From positions 1 through 61,941 of IMG/VR virus record IMGVR_UViG_3300033144_000144: DNA of 61,941 nt. One strand, written 5' to 3'. Source of the stretch: a virus. Taxonomy: Duplodnaviria; Caudoviricetes. Positions 23,701-33,800 of this stretch are shown here, piece by piece. Numbering within the stretch: position 1 is the first letter of the stretch; every line of letters starts with the position of its first letter. The translations under genes were made by a program, and so were the position numbers. A model generated the notes under the pieces. That model had not been told where the DNA came from, did no database searches, and was given only the letters and a program-made list of their open reading frames with translations.

Positions 23701-26700
23701 CATTTCCTCAATCTTACCGATTAAGTTTCTTAGATTACCCTTCAACCATTTTGGTTCGGCTTCCTGGATAGTTCTAAGTAAAGATCTAACCTCTCCTTTG
23801 GTGTAATCACCTTTAGGCATGATCTCTCTTATAGCTCTTTGCAATTGTCTTTTAATATCACGAATCTCTCTCGCCCCTCTTTTCTTTTGGCGAATAAGTT
23901 TCTTAAGATTACTTATAGTTTTACTAACATCCTTAACTGCTCTACCACCCAACGCTTCTTGCATTTCAACCTCAAGCTGTTGTTGTAAAGTAGACTGTTC
24001 TTTTTTAGAGACAACACCTTCAGTAGATTCTTGATAAGGCTTAAGAGTTTTCATAAACTCTATAGACTCATTAATAATATCTGCTATGCTTCTCTGTTTT
24101 TTCTTAGGAAGTTTATTATTCTTTTTAATTAAAGCATCAAACTTTCTTTTAGTTGCTTCAAAAAGTTTTCTCCCTACATTCATACCTCCTGGAACATTAC
24201 CAAATACTGGAGGGATAGAATCAAATAAATCTAAATCTATTTTTAATAGATCTTTAATCTCTTTTACTTTAAGTTTCTTACCGTCTTTCTTTTTGTATTC
24301 GTTTCTTAAAAAGTATTCTATCTCGCTATTTTCAAAACCAGCTTGACGAGCTAACTTAATTATATCAATAGGGTTATCAAACTTATTGAAAGTCTTTTGC
24401 CATCGTTGTCTACCGTACTGATTCTTTCTTTGAGATGGGAATTTAACCATGCTTCCACCTTGAGATCTTGGTCTGGTGTAAAAAGCATAACCTGTTAATC
24501 TACCTCTGTCATATCCTTCTTGAGAATACAATGCTTCTAATGTATACCCAAGCTCCTCAGCTTTTCTTCGTAGAGCTTGAGGGTTAAATAATGTAGCTGG
24601 GAAAAAGTTATTTTGTTTTAAACCATATTGGTTACCCAACTTAAACAACATGTCTTTACGACTTGCTTGTTTTTGTTCTCTAACTGCAACTGATTCTTTA
24701 TCTTGAGTAGTTTCCGTTTGTGTTTCACCAGATTTTACTTTACCAGTTACTACACTAACATTTCTTACAGCATATGCTTTACCAGAAGATTGAACCAAAA
24801 CATCACCACCTGGTTGTCTATTCTTAAATAAATGAAGGATAGGTTTACCCCCACCTTTTAACGCTATATGAAATGGGTAGCTTGGATGAGAGTCTTCTCT
24901 TACCTCTACCTCACCATCAACTTCTATTGCGGCATAAACATCTCCTACATTTAAACCTTTGGTTAGTTTTTCAGCTGCCATCTTAGCAACTAAATCAACC
25001 AGTGACTGAGAGCCTGGCCCTCTAACTCCAGCTGGAGTATTACCTACACCAACATTTTTCTGAATATCTCCACCTAAAAATTCAGCAATAGCTGCTTGAC
25101 TTTCTTTAGGTAAATTCTTAGCTATAGTAGCTACAATATCTTTTACTACAAATCCTCTCTTCTCAAATGTACTTGTGTTTGGATCAGTGAAATATTTTTT
25201 TATGTCAGCTTTTAAATCTTTAGCACTTTGTCTTAAATTAATTTCACCTTTTGCTTTTCTTACCGCAGAAGATACTGCTGATCTAAATAATGATGGACTA
25301 ATTAATTTATTATCCAACATAGTATTAAGTATAGCTAATGTAGAGTTAACTCCTGACGCACTACTAACTAACTTAGCATCAGTACCTTTAGTTAAAACCA
25401 AATACGCTTTGCCATCATTTGTTTTTATTTGTTTGTTTAAAGCATTGGCTATGGTATTTGCAGTTCCTTTTTTACCAGAAGCCCAAACATCTCCAAACTT
25501 AGTTACAAAGAATACACCACCTTCACCCTCAAATATAACCTTATTGTTATACTTTATTTCACCAGCCAACATATCATCAGGAGCAGTGATTGTAACATCC
25601 TTACCTTCCATGAAAGATGTATCCATAGGTTCTTTAATCAAACCTTTCTTAATCATCTCAGCCACACTATCTTGTTGTGTATATGTAACTTCAAACCCAC
25701 CAACCTTTTGCTCTCTTAAAGCAGCAGCTGGGTTCTTTACTTTTTGCCCTCCTTCTATTTGTTCTATATCACCCTCTTGGATTTCTTCTCCAGTGGTAAC
25801 CTTAGATGCAATAGTGTTTAGTAAATCAATAACAGCTTGATCATCAGCAGTTATATCATTAATTTTAATACCGAACTTTTTAGCAACCTTTTCTATCCAT
25901 CTACGAACCACACTCTTTTGAGGAACAGTTAACTGAGAATAGTTTGCAGATAACTGACCTATAATTTCAGCTAACTTCTCTTCGTTCTGAATATTTTCTT
26001 CATAAGATTCTGCGAAGTTATCAATCTTCTTTTTTAACGGACTGTTCTTATCAAGTGTTTTACTTACGGACTGCATCATTGCCTTAGTAACACGCTGAGT
26101 TTCTAAGTCAGTTCCTAATTTACTTAACAAGATAGCATGAAACGCTTCGTGTGCTACTGTAGAATTAGTTGCGTCCTGAAGATTAATATGAATAGTATTA
26201 TCAAAGAAAGTACCTCTACCTCTTGAACCTGTTGCTTTGGTAAAATCGTCTGCACTTTCATGCATAATGATTTTAATATTAGGCACTACTTTCTTAAGGG
26301 CTTTAGATGCGAGGTCTACCCTACGCATTATACTATCCTTTAACGGATTCTGTTCAGTAACTGGGGACTTAGATTTGTTAATAGAAACAACATCATCAAC
26401 CTCCTCTAATTGTTCACGAGGTATAGGTTCTTTGGTTTGCTCTTGAGAGTCTTCTTGTTCTTGTTGAACCAACTCTTTTATTTGATCAGACCTTTCTTCT
26501 ATTGTTACTTCCGTTTCCGCATCCTGGGTACTACTGGTCTCACCTTCTTGCCCACCCTCTTGGGTAATCTCAATGTTGGTGTTTCCATCTCCCACTTCCT
26601 GGCTACTGTCGGTAGATTCTTGTACATCCACCTTCTCTGTGCTTGACTCTTGAATGGCATCTTCTTTGGTTTTAGTTTCTTTTAAATCAACTGATCCTTC

Positions 26701-29433
26701 TTCTGATGTACCTATTTTAGACAACTGCTCTTTAATTTTATTTACAGTTTCTTGTTTAGCTTTATAAGTACCAAGGTCAGGATCAAGACCTTCCATTTCG
26801 TTTTCTATTTTATTCTTCAAGAAGACTAATCCTAAAGCCTTCTTTGTTTGGTTTTCATTTAACTGATTATCCTTAGATATAGTTTGTGCTGCACCAGAAA
26901 GCATTTCGAAGTTCATCATCTCCTGTTCTGCTTGTGCTTTAGTTAGTTCTTTATTAGCAACCTTTATATCTAACTGAGATCTAAATGCTTCTACAGTTAC
27001 TTCGTCATTACGAATCTGATTAAATAAAGTTACTAACTCATCAGACACACCCTCTATATCTCCCTTACTAAACGCAGTGGTAAGTGCACCAGGTGTCCCT
27101 AAAACAAAACCACCAACAGCTTCAGCTAAGGATGCTCTAACTACTTGATCAGCAAACTCTTCCGACCACATCTCTGGAGTTTTAAACATGTCTTTTTCAT
27201 ACATGTCATTCCAGACATTCTTCATTGATATCTCTGCAATTTGTTGTAGACCACCTGTCTCTGCTTCTGCCAAGGTAGCACCAGCTACTCTAAATACACC
27301 TTGAGAAATTTTGTTCTGAACTACTTTATTCAAAGCCGCTCTAAACATAGAAGGAGTTGCTCCTTTAGGTAGCATTTTAGTAACCTGGCCCATTAGACCA
27401 GAGATAATTGTTTTATTAGTAGCTATGTTTCTTAAACCATATCTTTCTAATACAGCTGTTGTCATAGCTAATGGAAGTATGATAGCTTTCTTTTCTGTCT
27501 CTGTAACTTGTGCAAAGTCTGGATCGTTCTCCATCTCTTCCATCAAAGCATCTGTTTGCAGTAAACTAAACCCTACTGTTTGAGCTACTGCACCTCTATT
27601 GGTAATATAGTTTTTAAAACTTTGCTGAAGTTTTTTAACCACACCCTTTACTTGTTGTTGAGATGCTTTAGATTTACCTCTACCAAGAAGACCTAACATA
27701 ATAGATGGGCCTGATTGAGCTAAACCAAATAGCCCTTCATATATAAATGAACGCTCTTTCATGTCTGCCATCAACTCATCAGATACACCTTCAGCTGCGG
27801 CAAAGTTCAGCATGTTTCTTACAAACTCCTTTTGAGGGTTTTTAGTTTCCTTAACCTCACGATCTAACACAAGTCTTCTTAACTTGTCATCTATTGATTT
27901 ATCAAAAATATCTACAGGAACTTCTTCATACCCACCTTTACCAAGAATACCTCCGTCCTTCTTCCACATCAACATGTCACCATCTGCATTTAAAATTCTA
28001 CTGGTGTCATATCCTTGTGCTTGTAAGTCAGCCTTAACTTTTTCTTGATACTCTGCGTCTATCTCATCTCTGTTTAAAGATTGATACCATTTATTATAAA
28101 CAGCTTCATCCTCTATATTATCAGGCAGAACATACCCTAATTCTTTAGCAACCTCTATGTATCTATCTTTCTTTTCTTCAGTACTCATACCGAAGTCCTC
28201 ATCAATCTTTTGGGCTATACCATAGAAGGTGTCAACAAGTCCACCCCAACCAGCAGCTAAAGGTTTAGTGATACCTCTTGTAACGAATTCATTATACATT
28301 CCTTTTACAACAGCACTAACAGGGTTTCCTATCTCCTCTTTCATTAAGGTGTAATCACCAACAGCTGAGTTTATTTGAGCTTCATAAGATTGAAAATCTT
28401 TAAACTCATTTTGTAGCTGAACCTTTATTGTGTTAAGAGATTGTTTATCTTTAAGTAACTGATTGTATTGAGCTACTTGTTCAGGGTTTAATTCAGGAAG
28501 TGTAGCTAACGCATCTATCTTTGCATCAACAGCTGTGTTATTACTTAAATAACTTTTGTACCTCTCAGTAAGTGTAGCCGCTTTTTGTTTGACATTCTTG
28601 ATGTCAGCCATCATAGCTGCTGAACTAAAATATTTTTTTCTACTCTGGTCGTATTCGTCTATCAGTAAATCCATTTCAGGAGTTACTATTTTATTCTTTT
28701 CTAAAAAGTTTTTTAATTCTTGAGCCTTCTCTTCACTACGAAAACCAAAGTTAGGATCTAAGTTTACTATTAACTTTTCTCCATTCTCAGCCTCAACGAC
28801 CATGCTATCCCCAATACCTCTTTCAGTAAATTCAAAACCATAATCTTTAAAATGATATTTCATTTTAGCAACTACTTCCTCCTCTTCTCTCTCTATCATT
28901 TCACCAGTTATGTAGGCTAATGATCTTTCAAAAGGAGATGCGTTTGCATCATACTCTACAGTGGCATCTACACCACGCTCCAAAGGATCGTATTGTACAT
29001 CTTCTGTAATAGTCTGGTCTTCTACAATCTCTTCCCCTTCAGGAGTATCTTGTATAGACTCACTATCAAACTGAGAAGTAACAACATCTTCTGTAGCTTC
29101 AGGAGTATCTTGATTATTATCTAATGGGTTTGTTGGATCTGAAGACTCCGATGAGCCAGGTACTTCCTCTTGAACTTGAGTATTTGATTCCGTAAGCTCC
29201 TCTTCTCCAGTAGGTTGAGCAATGTCTTTTTTTTTTACTTTCACCATCCACTGTTCGAATGGTTCTCTTTCCTCAAAAGTATTATCAGTGGAGGCAATCC
29301 ACTCATACAGTTCTTTAGAATATTCTTTATCCTGTCCAACCTTTACAGACCACTCTTCAAAAGGTTCTCTTTCTGCAAATGTAGGATCTGTTTCTGAAAT
29401 CCAATCGTATAATAATTGTGGGTAATCTTCCAT
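20752..29433 (-). CDS. Giant internal virion/ejection protein (large polyvalent protein-like) with zincin HExxH motif
   Basis: 2893 aa at end of podoviral morphogenesis operon; VAHEAFHAIL...EEKLAE; hydrophobic segments. Confidence 0.7.
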   Translation of the reverse strand: MEDYPQLLYDWISETDPTFAEREPFEEWSVKVGQDKEYSKELYEWIASTDNTFEEREPFEQWMVKVKKKDIAQPTGEEELTESNTQVQEEVPGSSESSDPTNPLDNNQDTPEATEDVVTSQFDSESIQDTPEGEEIVEDQTITEDVQYDPLERGVDATVEYDANASPFERSLAYITGEMIEREEEEVVAKMKYHFKDYGFEFTERGIGDSMVVEAENGEKLIVNLDPNFGFRSEEKAQELKNFLEKNKIVTPEMDLLIDEYDQSRKKYFSSAAMMADIKNVKQKAATLTERYKSYLSNNTAVDAKIDALATLPELNPEQVAQYNQLLKDKQSLNTIKVQLQNEFKDFQSYEAQINSAVGDYTLMKEEIGNPVSAVVKGMYNEFVTRGITKPLAAGWGGLVDTFYGIAQKIDEDFGMSTEEKKDRYIEVAKELGYVLPDNIEDEAVYNKWYQSLNRDEIDAEYQEKVKADLQAQGYDTSRILNADGDMLMWKKDGGILGKGGYEEVPVDIFDKSIDDKLRRLVLDREVKETKNPQKEFVRNMLNFAAAEGVSDELMADMKERSFIYEGLFGLAQSGPSIMLGLLGRGKSKASQQQVKGVVKKLQQSFKNYITNRGAVAQTVGFSLLQTDALMEEMENDPDFAQVTETEKKAIILPLAMTTAVLERYGLRNIATNKTIISGLMGQVTKMLPKGATPSMFRAALNKVVQNKISQGVFRVAGATLAEAETGGLQQIAEISMKNVWNDMYEKDMFKTPEMWSEEFADQVVRASLAEAVGGFVLGTPGALTTAFSKGDIEGVSDELVTLFNQIRNDEVTVEAFRSQLDIKVANKELTKAQAEQEMMNFEMLSGAAQTISKDNQLNENQTKKALGLVFLKNKIENEMEGLDPDLGTYKAKQETVNKIKEQLSKIGTSEEGSVDLKETKTKEDAIQESSTEKVDVQESTDSSQEVGDGNTNIEITQEGGQEGETSSTQDAETEVTIEERSDQIKELVQQEQEDSQEQTKEPIPREQLEEVDDVVSINKSKSPVTEQNPLKDSIMRRVDLASKALKKVVPNIKIIMHESADDFTKATGSRGRGTFFDNTIHINLQDATNSTVAHEAFHAILLSKLGTDLETQRVTKAMMQSVSKTLDKNSPLKKKIDNFAESYEENIQNEEKLAEIIGQLSANYSQLTVPQKSVVRRWIEKVAKKFGIKINDITADDQAVIDLLNTIASKVTTGEEIQEGDIEQIEGGQKVKNPAAALREQKVGGFEVTYTQQDSVAEMIKKGLIKEPMDTSFMEGKDVTITAPDDMLAGEIKYNNKVIFEGEGGVFFVTKFGDVWASGKKGTANTIANALNKQIKTNDGKAYLVLTKGTDAKLVSSASGVNSTLAILNTMLDNKLISPSLFRSAVSSAVRKAKGEINLRQSAKDLKADIKKYFTDPNTSTFEKRGFVVKDIVATIAKNLPKESQAAIAEFLGGDIQKNVGVGNTPAGVRGPGSQSLVDLVAKMAAEKLTKGLNVGDVYAAIEVDGEVEVREDSHPSYPFHIALKGGGKPILHLFKNRQPGGDVLVQSSGKAYAVRNVSVVTGKVKSGETQTETTQDKESVAVREQKQASRKDMLFKLGNQYGLKQNNFFPATLFNPQALRRKAEELGYTLEALYSQEGYDRGRLTGYAFYTRPRSQGGSMVKFPSQRKNQYGRQRWQKTFNKFDNPIDIIKLARQAGFENSEIEYFLRNEYKKKDGKKLKVKEIKDLLKIDLDLFDSIPPVFGNVPGGMNVGRKLFEATKRKFDALIKKNNKLPKKKQRSIADIINESIEFMKTLKPYQESTEGVVSKKEQSTLQQQLEVEMQEALGGRAVKDVSKTISNLKKLIRQKKRGAREIRDIKRQLQRAIREIMPKGDYTKGEVRSLLRTIQEAEPKWLKGNLRNLIGKIEEMAATKNVSTLNKLIDKILSKEFEVNIGGVKRGVKIDMQTRKIVEKIKEKLYKGAEIKDDIIAEQTNIITEINKLNEKTTLTPEEETQMLVLNIALGINNSKLMEDNNPRKADQLAEVYENLKSLVTTGRNNFKDAAARRSKKYAENTSKFYQALTGQKESRDFSDPEVLEEVRKEIKRRADEKASDYGRNRIKKYFQNIGNNISSFLKEGTLGLSQLSETLDRLPGEVFGDGFIKDFVYRKVNESTRMYKESIMALDQLITEKSREYLGPDYLKKIKQYRKQLDFTQIEDGNLFKNPQEVQEAQKKFDNDPTSKNKENLNKTIRENIPFSGLTPLQLQYLYFQYKQPDTHAGFETSLGDNYAEIMDGLSKYFEENYSDLLEMGRWQVEEMLPTLYEKYNKVYRRLYNTDLPQRDSYSGRTFRQLSVGDKVEMEKYDPLSLLSDQGTSQMSMNVIGNSTKLTRKNNKAIMPVDAFTAIDTYIKDMEHFAAYGENMNDISKVFFNKDIANTIVNIHGKGVYDTVRNALMATAKRGANQSDAMVQRVNRANNVFIVQKLGAGLTVYLKQLTSIATYGNYIGYRNWIKTASTMGVSEFKKAWQEISEESVYIKYRYWEQISKTIESYGEKQMETYTPGNKGDKITRLLMSPIKAGDKQAIFLGGIPNYVYLKNKYQKEGMSPEAAKKKAMIKFEEQTKEVQQSSDKQDKDALQNAGGYIQLFNMFMSAPKAYFRQIFGGYRELGRNIVDGSGKGTWQQNLRTIMVYQFAMPMIFQWAGSGFPVTDWDDEDKEDMLRASILSVFNSIFVVGQILEQTADVAQGKPWWKDTKQFPIFDLFTDFYDKLVKAQNLKDPAKQAEAEKQAYFALLPLTAVLGVPGNIASLPLKTLDRMRMNMQKIINSGGDPKEVFLRMFNYSDYVIEGKPEKKPKPKKLNKTEMRKYFPDAMDQIDEFNNSPEMQEYNEMMKEFKQQEKQMRQQALDEAFNN

Positions 29434-31592
29434 TAAGATATTTGTTTAAAGGTTACATCAACTTTACTATAATCAACATGATAGTAATCACCAACTTTTA
29501 CTTGAGCGTCTGGAACTTCTTGTGCCATTACACCTTGATATACACCTGAGCCATAAGACTTCTTATCTCTATATTCAAAGGTATAAATATTATGACCGCT
29601 TTTAGAAACACCAATTTTATTTATATTGGTTTTTAATCTTCTGTCTGATGGAGCTTGATTGCCTGTCTTCTTTTTATTCCTTTGAGTCTTCTTATAGTTA
29701 TTGATTACTTTTTGAAGTTCACTTTGGAATTTTTGAGGTTCTTTCCTTGAATCAAACTCAATCCTTGTCTTATTACCGTCAATAGTAACTTCTACTGCGT
29801 TTTTGTCTCCAGTGCCTGTAAAAATGTCATCACTGTTTACACTATAATTAGTTGTCAGATCTTTCAATTCTTCAGCTAAAAGACTTGATGTTACAGTTGT
29901 ATATTCGTTTAATAGAAGCTCATCTGCACCTTCCATCTTAGCTATAGTATTAAATCTATCTGCTAATTTTACAGGAGATCCCTCTACCAATACCATTTTT
30001 GTTCCAAGGTTAGTATCTTTAATTACTTTATCACCAATACCTGTATAGTTAACTGTCTTACCTGAGCCGCCATAATCTTTTAATCCACCAGGATTAGCTT
30101 TGTTGTACTCTTTATATATTTGATCAGTTGAACCTTCTACTGGAGACATATATGACATTACTTCAGAGTTCATTAACTGTTGTGATCTTGGTATCTTTTT
30201 ACCATTAGAATCTAACTTAGGATTCCCTGAAGAATCTACTTCAAAACGAGCTACTTTTCTTGTGTCTCCATCTGCGTAAGTAATAACAATATTATTTGGA
30301 TCGCTGTTTCTATCTACTGGGTTATCTGCCAAAGGTTTTATTTTACCTTTATTTGATGCGTTATAAGAGTTTGCAAGTGTGGTAACACCAGCGTTAAAGT
30401 CTTCTTGATCACCTGATATAATTTGTTGTGCTTGATTTACATAACTAAAGTTATCTTGCTGTAATTTTTCATTACCAAGTGTAGTTGCTGACTTTTGTTG
30501 CCACTGGAAACTACTTTCTTTCATGTCTTCTTTTCGACCTAACTTAGCTTTCATACTTCTTACGAAGTAATCTTCAGCAGCCTTTTGTTGTCCTTCAGTA
30601 ATAGTTGGCTCTACGATAACACCGTTTTCTTTGTAGCCCATAACAATAATAGGATTCTGATCCTCCATACCTGGGTTAGCTGCATTCCATTCATCGAAGT
30701 CTTTTTGATCTCCACCTCTAAACTTCTCACCCTTACTATTAGTAACACCATTATCAGCAAGTACACTACCTGTAGAAAAAGGACTTGATGTTACTGCTTT
30801 AGCTTTATCTCTTAAATAAGTTTCAGCCTCTGGTGTCTGCATAAAGTCATCAATAGTAACAACCGCTCTTGCACTTCCGTCTTTACCCATAGTACTTGCA
30901 TTACCAGCTGTAATATAATCACCAAGTTCAGTGGCAGTAGTATTAACTATTTCACCTACATTTACATTATCAATCTCTTGCTTACTAATAGCAGTCATTC
31001 TATTGATACTAATCAAGTCATCTGGCCCATCAAGTAGGTTTCCATTTTCATCTATTCTACCAAAAGCTAAATTACCTGTTACTGGATTAGTAACTAACTG
31101 TAAGTTTTTAAGATTACCAAAAGCCTCCATACGCTCACCAAGGTATGCTTCAAGAGAACTACCCTCACCATCTTTTAATCTTTTAGTGTATCGAGCAAAG
31201 TCCGTATCCCAGCTCTTTGCATTTTTCTGAAACTGAGTAAACCCTGAGCTAATGTTTTGTTTTAGTTTTTGAAAGTCTTGAGGTCTTAATTCACCTCTTT
31301 TCATTTTTTGTTCTGCCTCATAAATTGCATTGGCTGCACCATTAGCTCCATCGATAGTCATATTCATGAGCGTTGGATTATCCATCGCATCAAGATTATT
31401 TAACTTATCTAAATTAGTTTTGGTATCAGCATCAATCTCGTCTTTTCTTTTTTGACGATCTTCAGCTACATCAGAAAAAGCTGTAGCAACTGACGAAAGT
31501 TGTTCTTGCCAATTTACATTCTGACTTGGATCAGGCTTTTCATAGACATTAAAGTCTATATTTCTTTTTGCTTTAGTAGGATCTACTGCCAT
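29433..31592 (-). CDS. Internal virion protein with C-terminal peptidase S74 (auto-cleaving chaperone) domain
   Basis: PSDRRLKTNI...IYTFEY...GVMAQEV...VDYSKV. Confidence 0.75.
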   Translation of the reverse strand: MAVDPTKAKRNIDFNVYEKPDPSQNVNWQEQLSSVATAFSDVAEDRQKRKDEIDADTKTNLDKLNNLDAMDNPTLMNMTIDGANGAANAIYEAEQKMKRGELRPQDFQKLKQNISSGFTQFQKNAKSWDTDFARYTKRLKDGEGSSLEAYLGERMEAFGNLKNLQLVTNPVTGNLAFGRIDENGNLLDGPDDLISINRMTAISKQEIDNVNVGEIVNTTATELGDYITAGNASTMGKDGSARAVVTIDDFMQTPEAETYLRDKAKAVTSSPFSTGSVLADNGVTNSKGEKFRGGDQKDFDEWNAANPGMEDQNPIIVMGYKENGVIVEPTITEGQQKAAEDYFVRSMKAKLGRKEDMKESSFQWQQKSATTLGNEKLQQDNFSYVNQAQQIISGDQEDFNAGVTTLANSYNASNKGKIKPLADNPVDRNSDPNNIVITYADGDTRKVARFEVDSSGNPKLDSNGKKIPRSQQLMNSEVMSYMSPVEGSTDQIYKEYNKANPGGLKDYGGSGKTVNYTGIGDKVIKDTNLGTKMVLVEGSPVKLADRFNTIAKMEGADELLLNEYTTVTSSLLAEELKDLTTNYSVNSDDIFTGTGDKNAVEVTIDGNKTRIEFDSRKEPQKFQSELQKVINNYKKTQRNKKKTGNQAPSDRRLKTNINKIGVSKSGHNIYTFEYRDKKSYGSGVYQGVMAQEVPDAQVKVGDYYHVDYSKVDVTFKQIS

Positions 31593-31595
31593 GTT

Positions 31596-32585
31596 TTATA
31601 ATTCTTTAAATTCTACATCTATCATAGCGTAGTTAACCATATCATAAACCCCTGATCTAACAACCGCTTCTTTTGGAACTTCGTCAGACATAACTCCTTG
31701 GTATGTACCTTCTTGGTCTTTATACTTAAAACTATATATATTTAATCCGCTTGGGGAAACCCCTATCTTCTTAATGTTTTCTTTCAGCCTTCTGTCTGAT
31801 CCAAATAAATTTGGATCTAATCCTAATGCGTTGCCTCCAAATTGATAGTTTTGATTTGTTAAACTAAATTTAGGCTTAGGTGAAAAAGAATTTAAACTTA
31901 AACCACCTGGCTGATTCATTTTTAAACTACCACTTAATGATGCTGGTGGTTGGAATCCGCCACTGGAAAAGCTATTACTACCAAAAGAAGACTTAGCAGC
32001 TGTATCACCAAGAGATTTACCAACACCCTTACTCTTTCCGAACAATGGTGCAGCAGCTCCTATAGCAGTAACAGTAGAACCTATACCTTGTATACCCTGT
32101 TGAATAGACTCTGCTCTGGCAGCTTCAGCTGCATTCTTACGCTGGTTTTGTTCCTTTGCATAAGCCACATCCATTTCTAAAAGTTGTTGATTGACAGCGT
32201 CTTTAGATTGAGCTTTAGTTGCCTGAAGGTCAGATAGTTCTTGCCCCATAGCAATACGAGTATTCTCCGCATTCTCTGCTGAAGAAGCACCTATTCTACC
32301 TACACCAGCAGCTAATGCTCTGGCATCACCTTCTTGTAATGCTTCTGTATTTTGTTGAGCTACTGCTAAATTGTTTTCAAATTCTGCTTCATACGCATCA
32401 AGAGGTACATTAAGACCTTCGTAAAAATCTTTTGATGCTTTTGTTTTAGCATCTAACATTGCTTGTTTTGCTGCTTTATCAGCTTCTTCAGCTGCTCTCT
32501 TTTGCTTTGCGGCATTGGCGAAACTCATACCTGTACTGGCTACTGCTGTTCCTATTCCTACAACCGCTGATGTTACTGCTGCCAT
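31596..32585 (-). CDS. Ala/Gly/Gln-rich ejection (pilot-like) protein with C-terminal S74 domain
   Basis: Hydrophobic Ala/Gly N-terminus, coiled coil, GSDRRLKENI...YQGVMSDEV. Confidence 0.75.
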   Translation of the reverse strand: MAAVTSAVVGIGTAVASTGMSFANAAKQKRAAEEADKAAKQAMLDAKTKASKDFYEGLNVPLDAYEAEFENNLAVAQQNTEALQEGDARALAAGVGRIGASSAENAENTRIAMGQELSDLQATKAQSKDAVNQQLLEMDVAYAKEQNQRKNAAEAARAESIQQGIQGIGSTVTAIGAAAPLFGKSKGVGKSLGDTAAKSSFGSNSFSSGGFQPPASLSGSLKMNQPGGLSLNSFSPKPKFSLTNQNYQFGGNALGLDPNLFGSDRRLKENIKKIGVSPSGLNIYSFKYKDQEGTYQGVMSDEVPKEAVVRSGVYDMVNYAMIDVEFKEL

Positions 32586-32586
32586 A

Positions 32587-33006
32587 TTATATTGTTTTAA
32601 TCATTTCGTGAGTGTAAGTACTGCCTTCAACAAAACCTACTTTTTTATATACATTAATTAAAGGTTTGTTTTTAATTAATGCGTATATATATTTTTTACC
32701 CATTCTCTCCGCATCATCGCTGATGGTTTGTACCAAAAGTTCTAATGCTTCTTTTCTTTTTTGTCTGTCTTTATATTTGAGATTAGATATAATCCAATCA
32801 CACCATACTGCCTTAGAGTTAGTTACATACATAAACCCAGCACATATTGGGGTATCTTTATCATAAACAATGTAACCACCCATTCCGTCTTCTGGTAAAA
32901 ACTCTTTTGAAGGAGGAGTCCACCTCCAATCTTTCCACCATCCACACAGAATATCTTTATAATCATTTTCTCTAAGCGGTATTATACTTAATTCCATTAC
33001 TCGCAA
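32587..33006 (-). CDS. GNAT-fold acetyltransferase-like protein
   Basis: ICAGFMY...LINVYKKVGF; position between tail and ejection genes; -7 element at 33004-33011 implies start at second Met. Confidence 0.65.
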   Translation of the reverse strand: MRVMELSIIPLRENDYKDILCGWWKDWRWTPPSKEFLPEDGMGGYIVYDKDTPICAGFMYVTNSKAVWCDWIISNLKYKDRQKRKEALELLVQTISDDAERMGKKYIYALIKNKPLINVYKKVGFVEGSTYTHEMIKTI

Positions 33007-33019
33007 AGATAATAAAAAT

Positions 33020-33799
33020 CTATGGATATGATTTCATCACACTACTACCGACAGAAAACAGCTCAACCGCTTGAGTGTTTGTGTTTTCAAGCGTATACTG
33101 CATAAAGTAACCACGAGCACCATGAGATTCGGCAACTGGGTTCTTGTAATAAAATATATATGATCCGTTTGGAGGAATAATACCAGCCTGTCCAATAGGA
33201 TCAGGAACTGATTCGTCTACTGTTAATACATTATTTACTTGATCTATACCTGTTACCTGACCAAAGTAAAGAGAGTTAGCACCAGCATATATATAGTCTC
33301 CTATACTTATTATACTTCCAAGATCAACATTGAATGAAATTGTAAATGCACCAGGGATACCTCCAATAAGTAAACAAGATCCTATTCCGTTAGCTGACCT
33401 TAGATTGAAGTTGACATTAGTACTATTGTCTCTAAGGAATGTAAACCATTCTCTTTCCTTCTGTACAAAATAAGTATCCAACATTGATCCTCCACTTAAC
33501 TCTGTAAACAAAGCTGTACAAGCCCAAGCGTCATCACTTTCGTAAGACATTGTTTTAAACAACTTAATGGTTTGAGGTTCAGTATTAAAGACAGATGTTA
33601 TTCGAGAGTTATATTGAACACCATAATAATTGTTTCTTAATACATTGGTATTGTGTCTATAGAGATTTCCATTTCTAAATGTATAGAAATAACTATTCAT
33701 CCCAATCATAAAATCAGGAATGTATGAATAGAAAGAAGGCCAACCTTTAGCCTCTTCGCTATATGATAATGTATACTCTTCTGCTGTTTGTACCGCCAT
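33020..33799 (-). CDS. Tail protein resembling the C-terminal part of a crAss-like muzzle/stabilization protein
   Basis: TLSYSE...WPSFYSYIPD...NGNLYRHN...NYYGVQY...KEREWF. Confidence 0.6.
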   Translation of the reverse strand: MAVQTAEEYTLSYSEEAKGWPSFYSYIPDFMIGMNSYFYTFRNGNLYRHNTNVLRNNYYGVQYNSRITSVFNTEPQTIKLFKTMSYESDDAWACTALFTELSGGSMLDTYFVQKEREWFTFLRDNSTNVNFNLRSANGIGSCLLIGGIPGAFTISFNVDLGSIISIGDYIYAGANSLYFGQVTGIDQVNNVLTVDESVPDPIGQAGIIPPNGSYIFYYKNPVAESHGARGYFMQYTLENTNTQAVELFSVGSSVMKSYP

Positions 33800-33800
33800 A

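Noticed and set aside
20752-29433. Virion RNA polymerase as in crAssphages
   Set aside because: No DFDxD-type catalytic motif recognised; host-type promoters are used throughout
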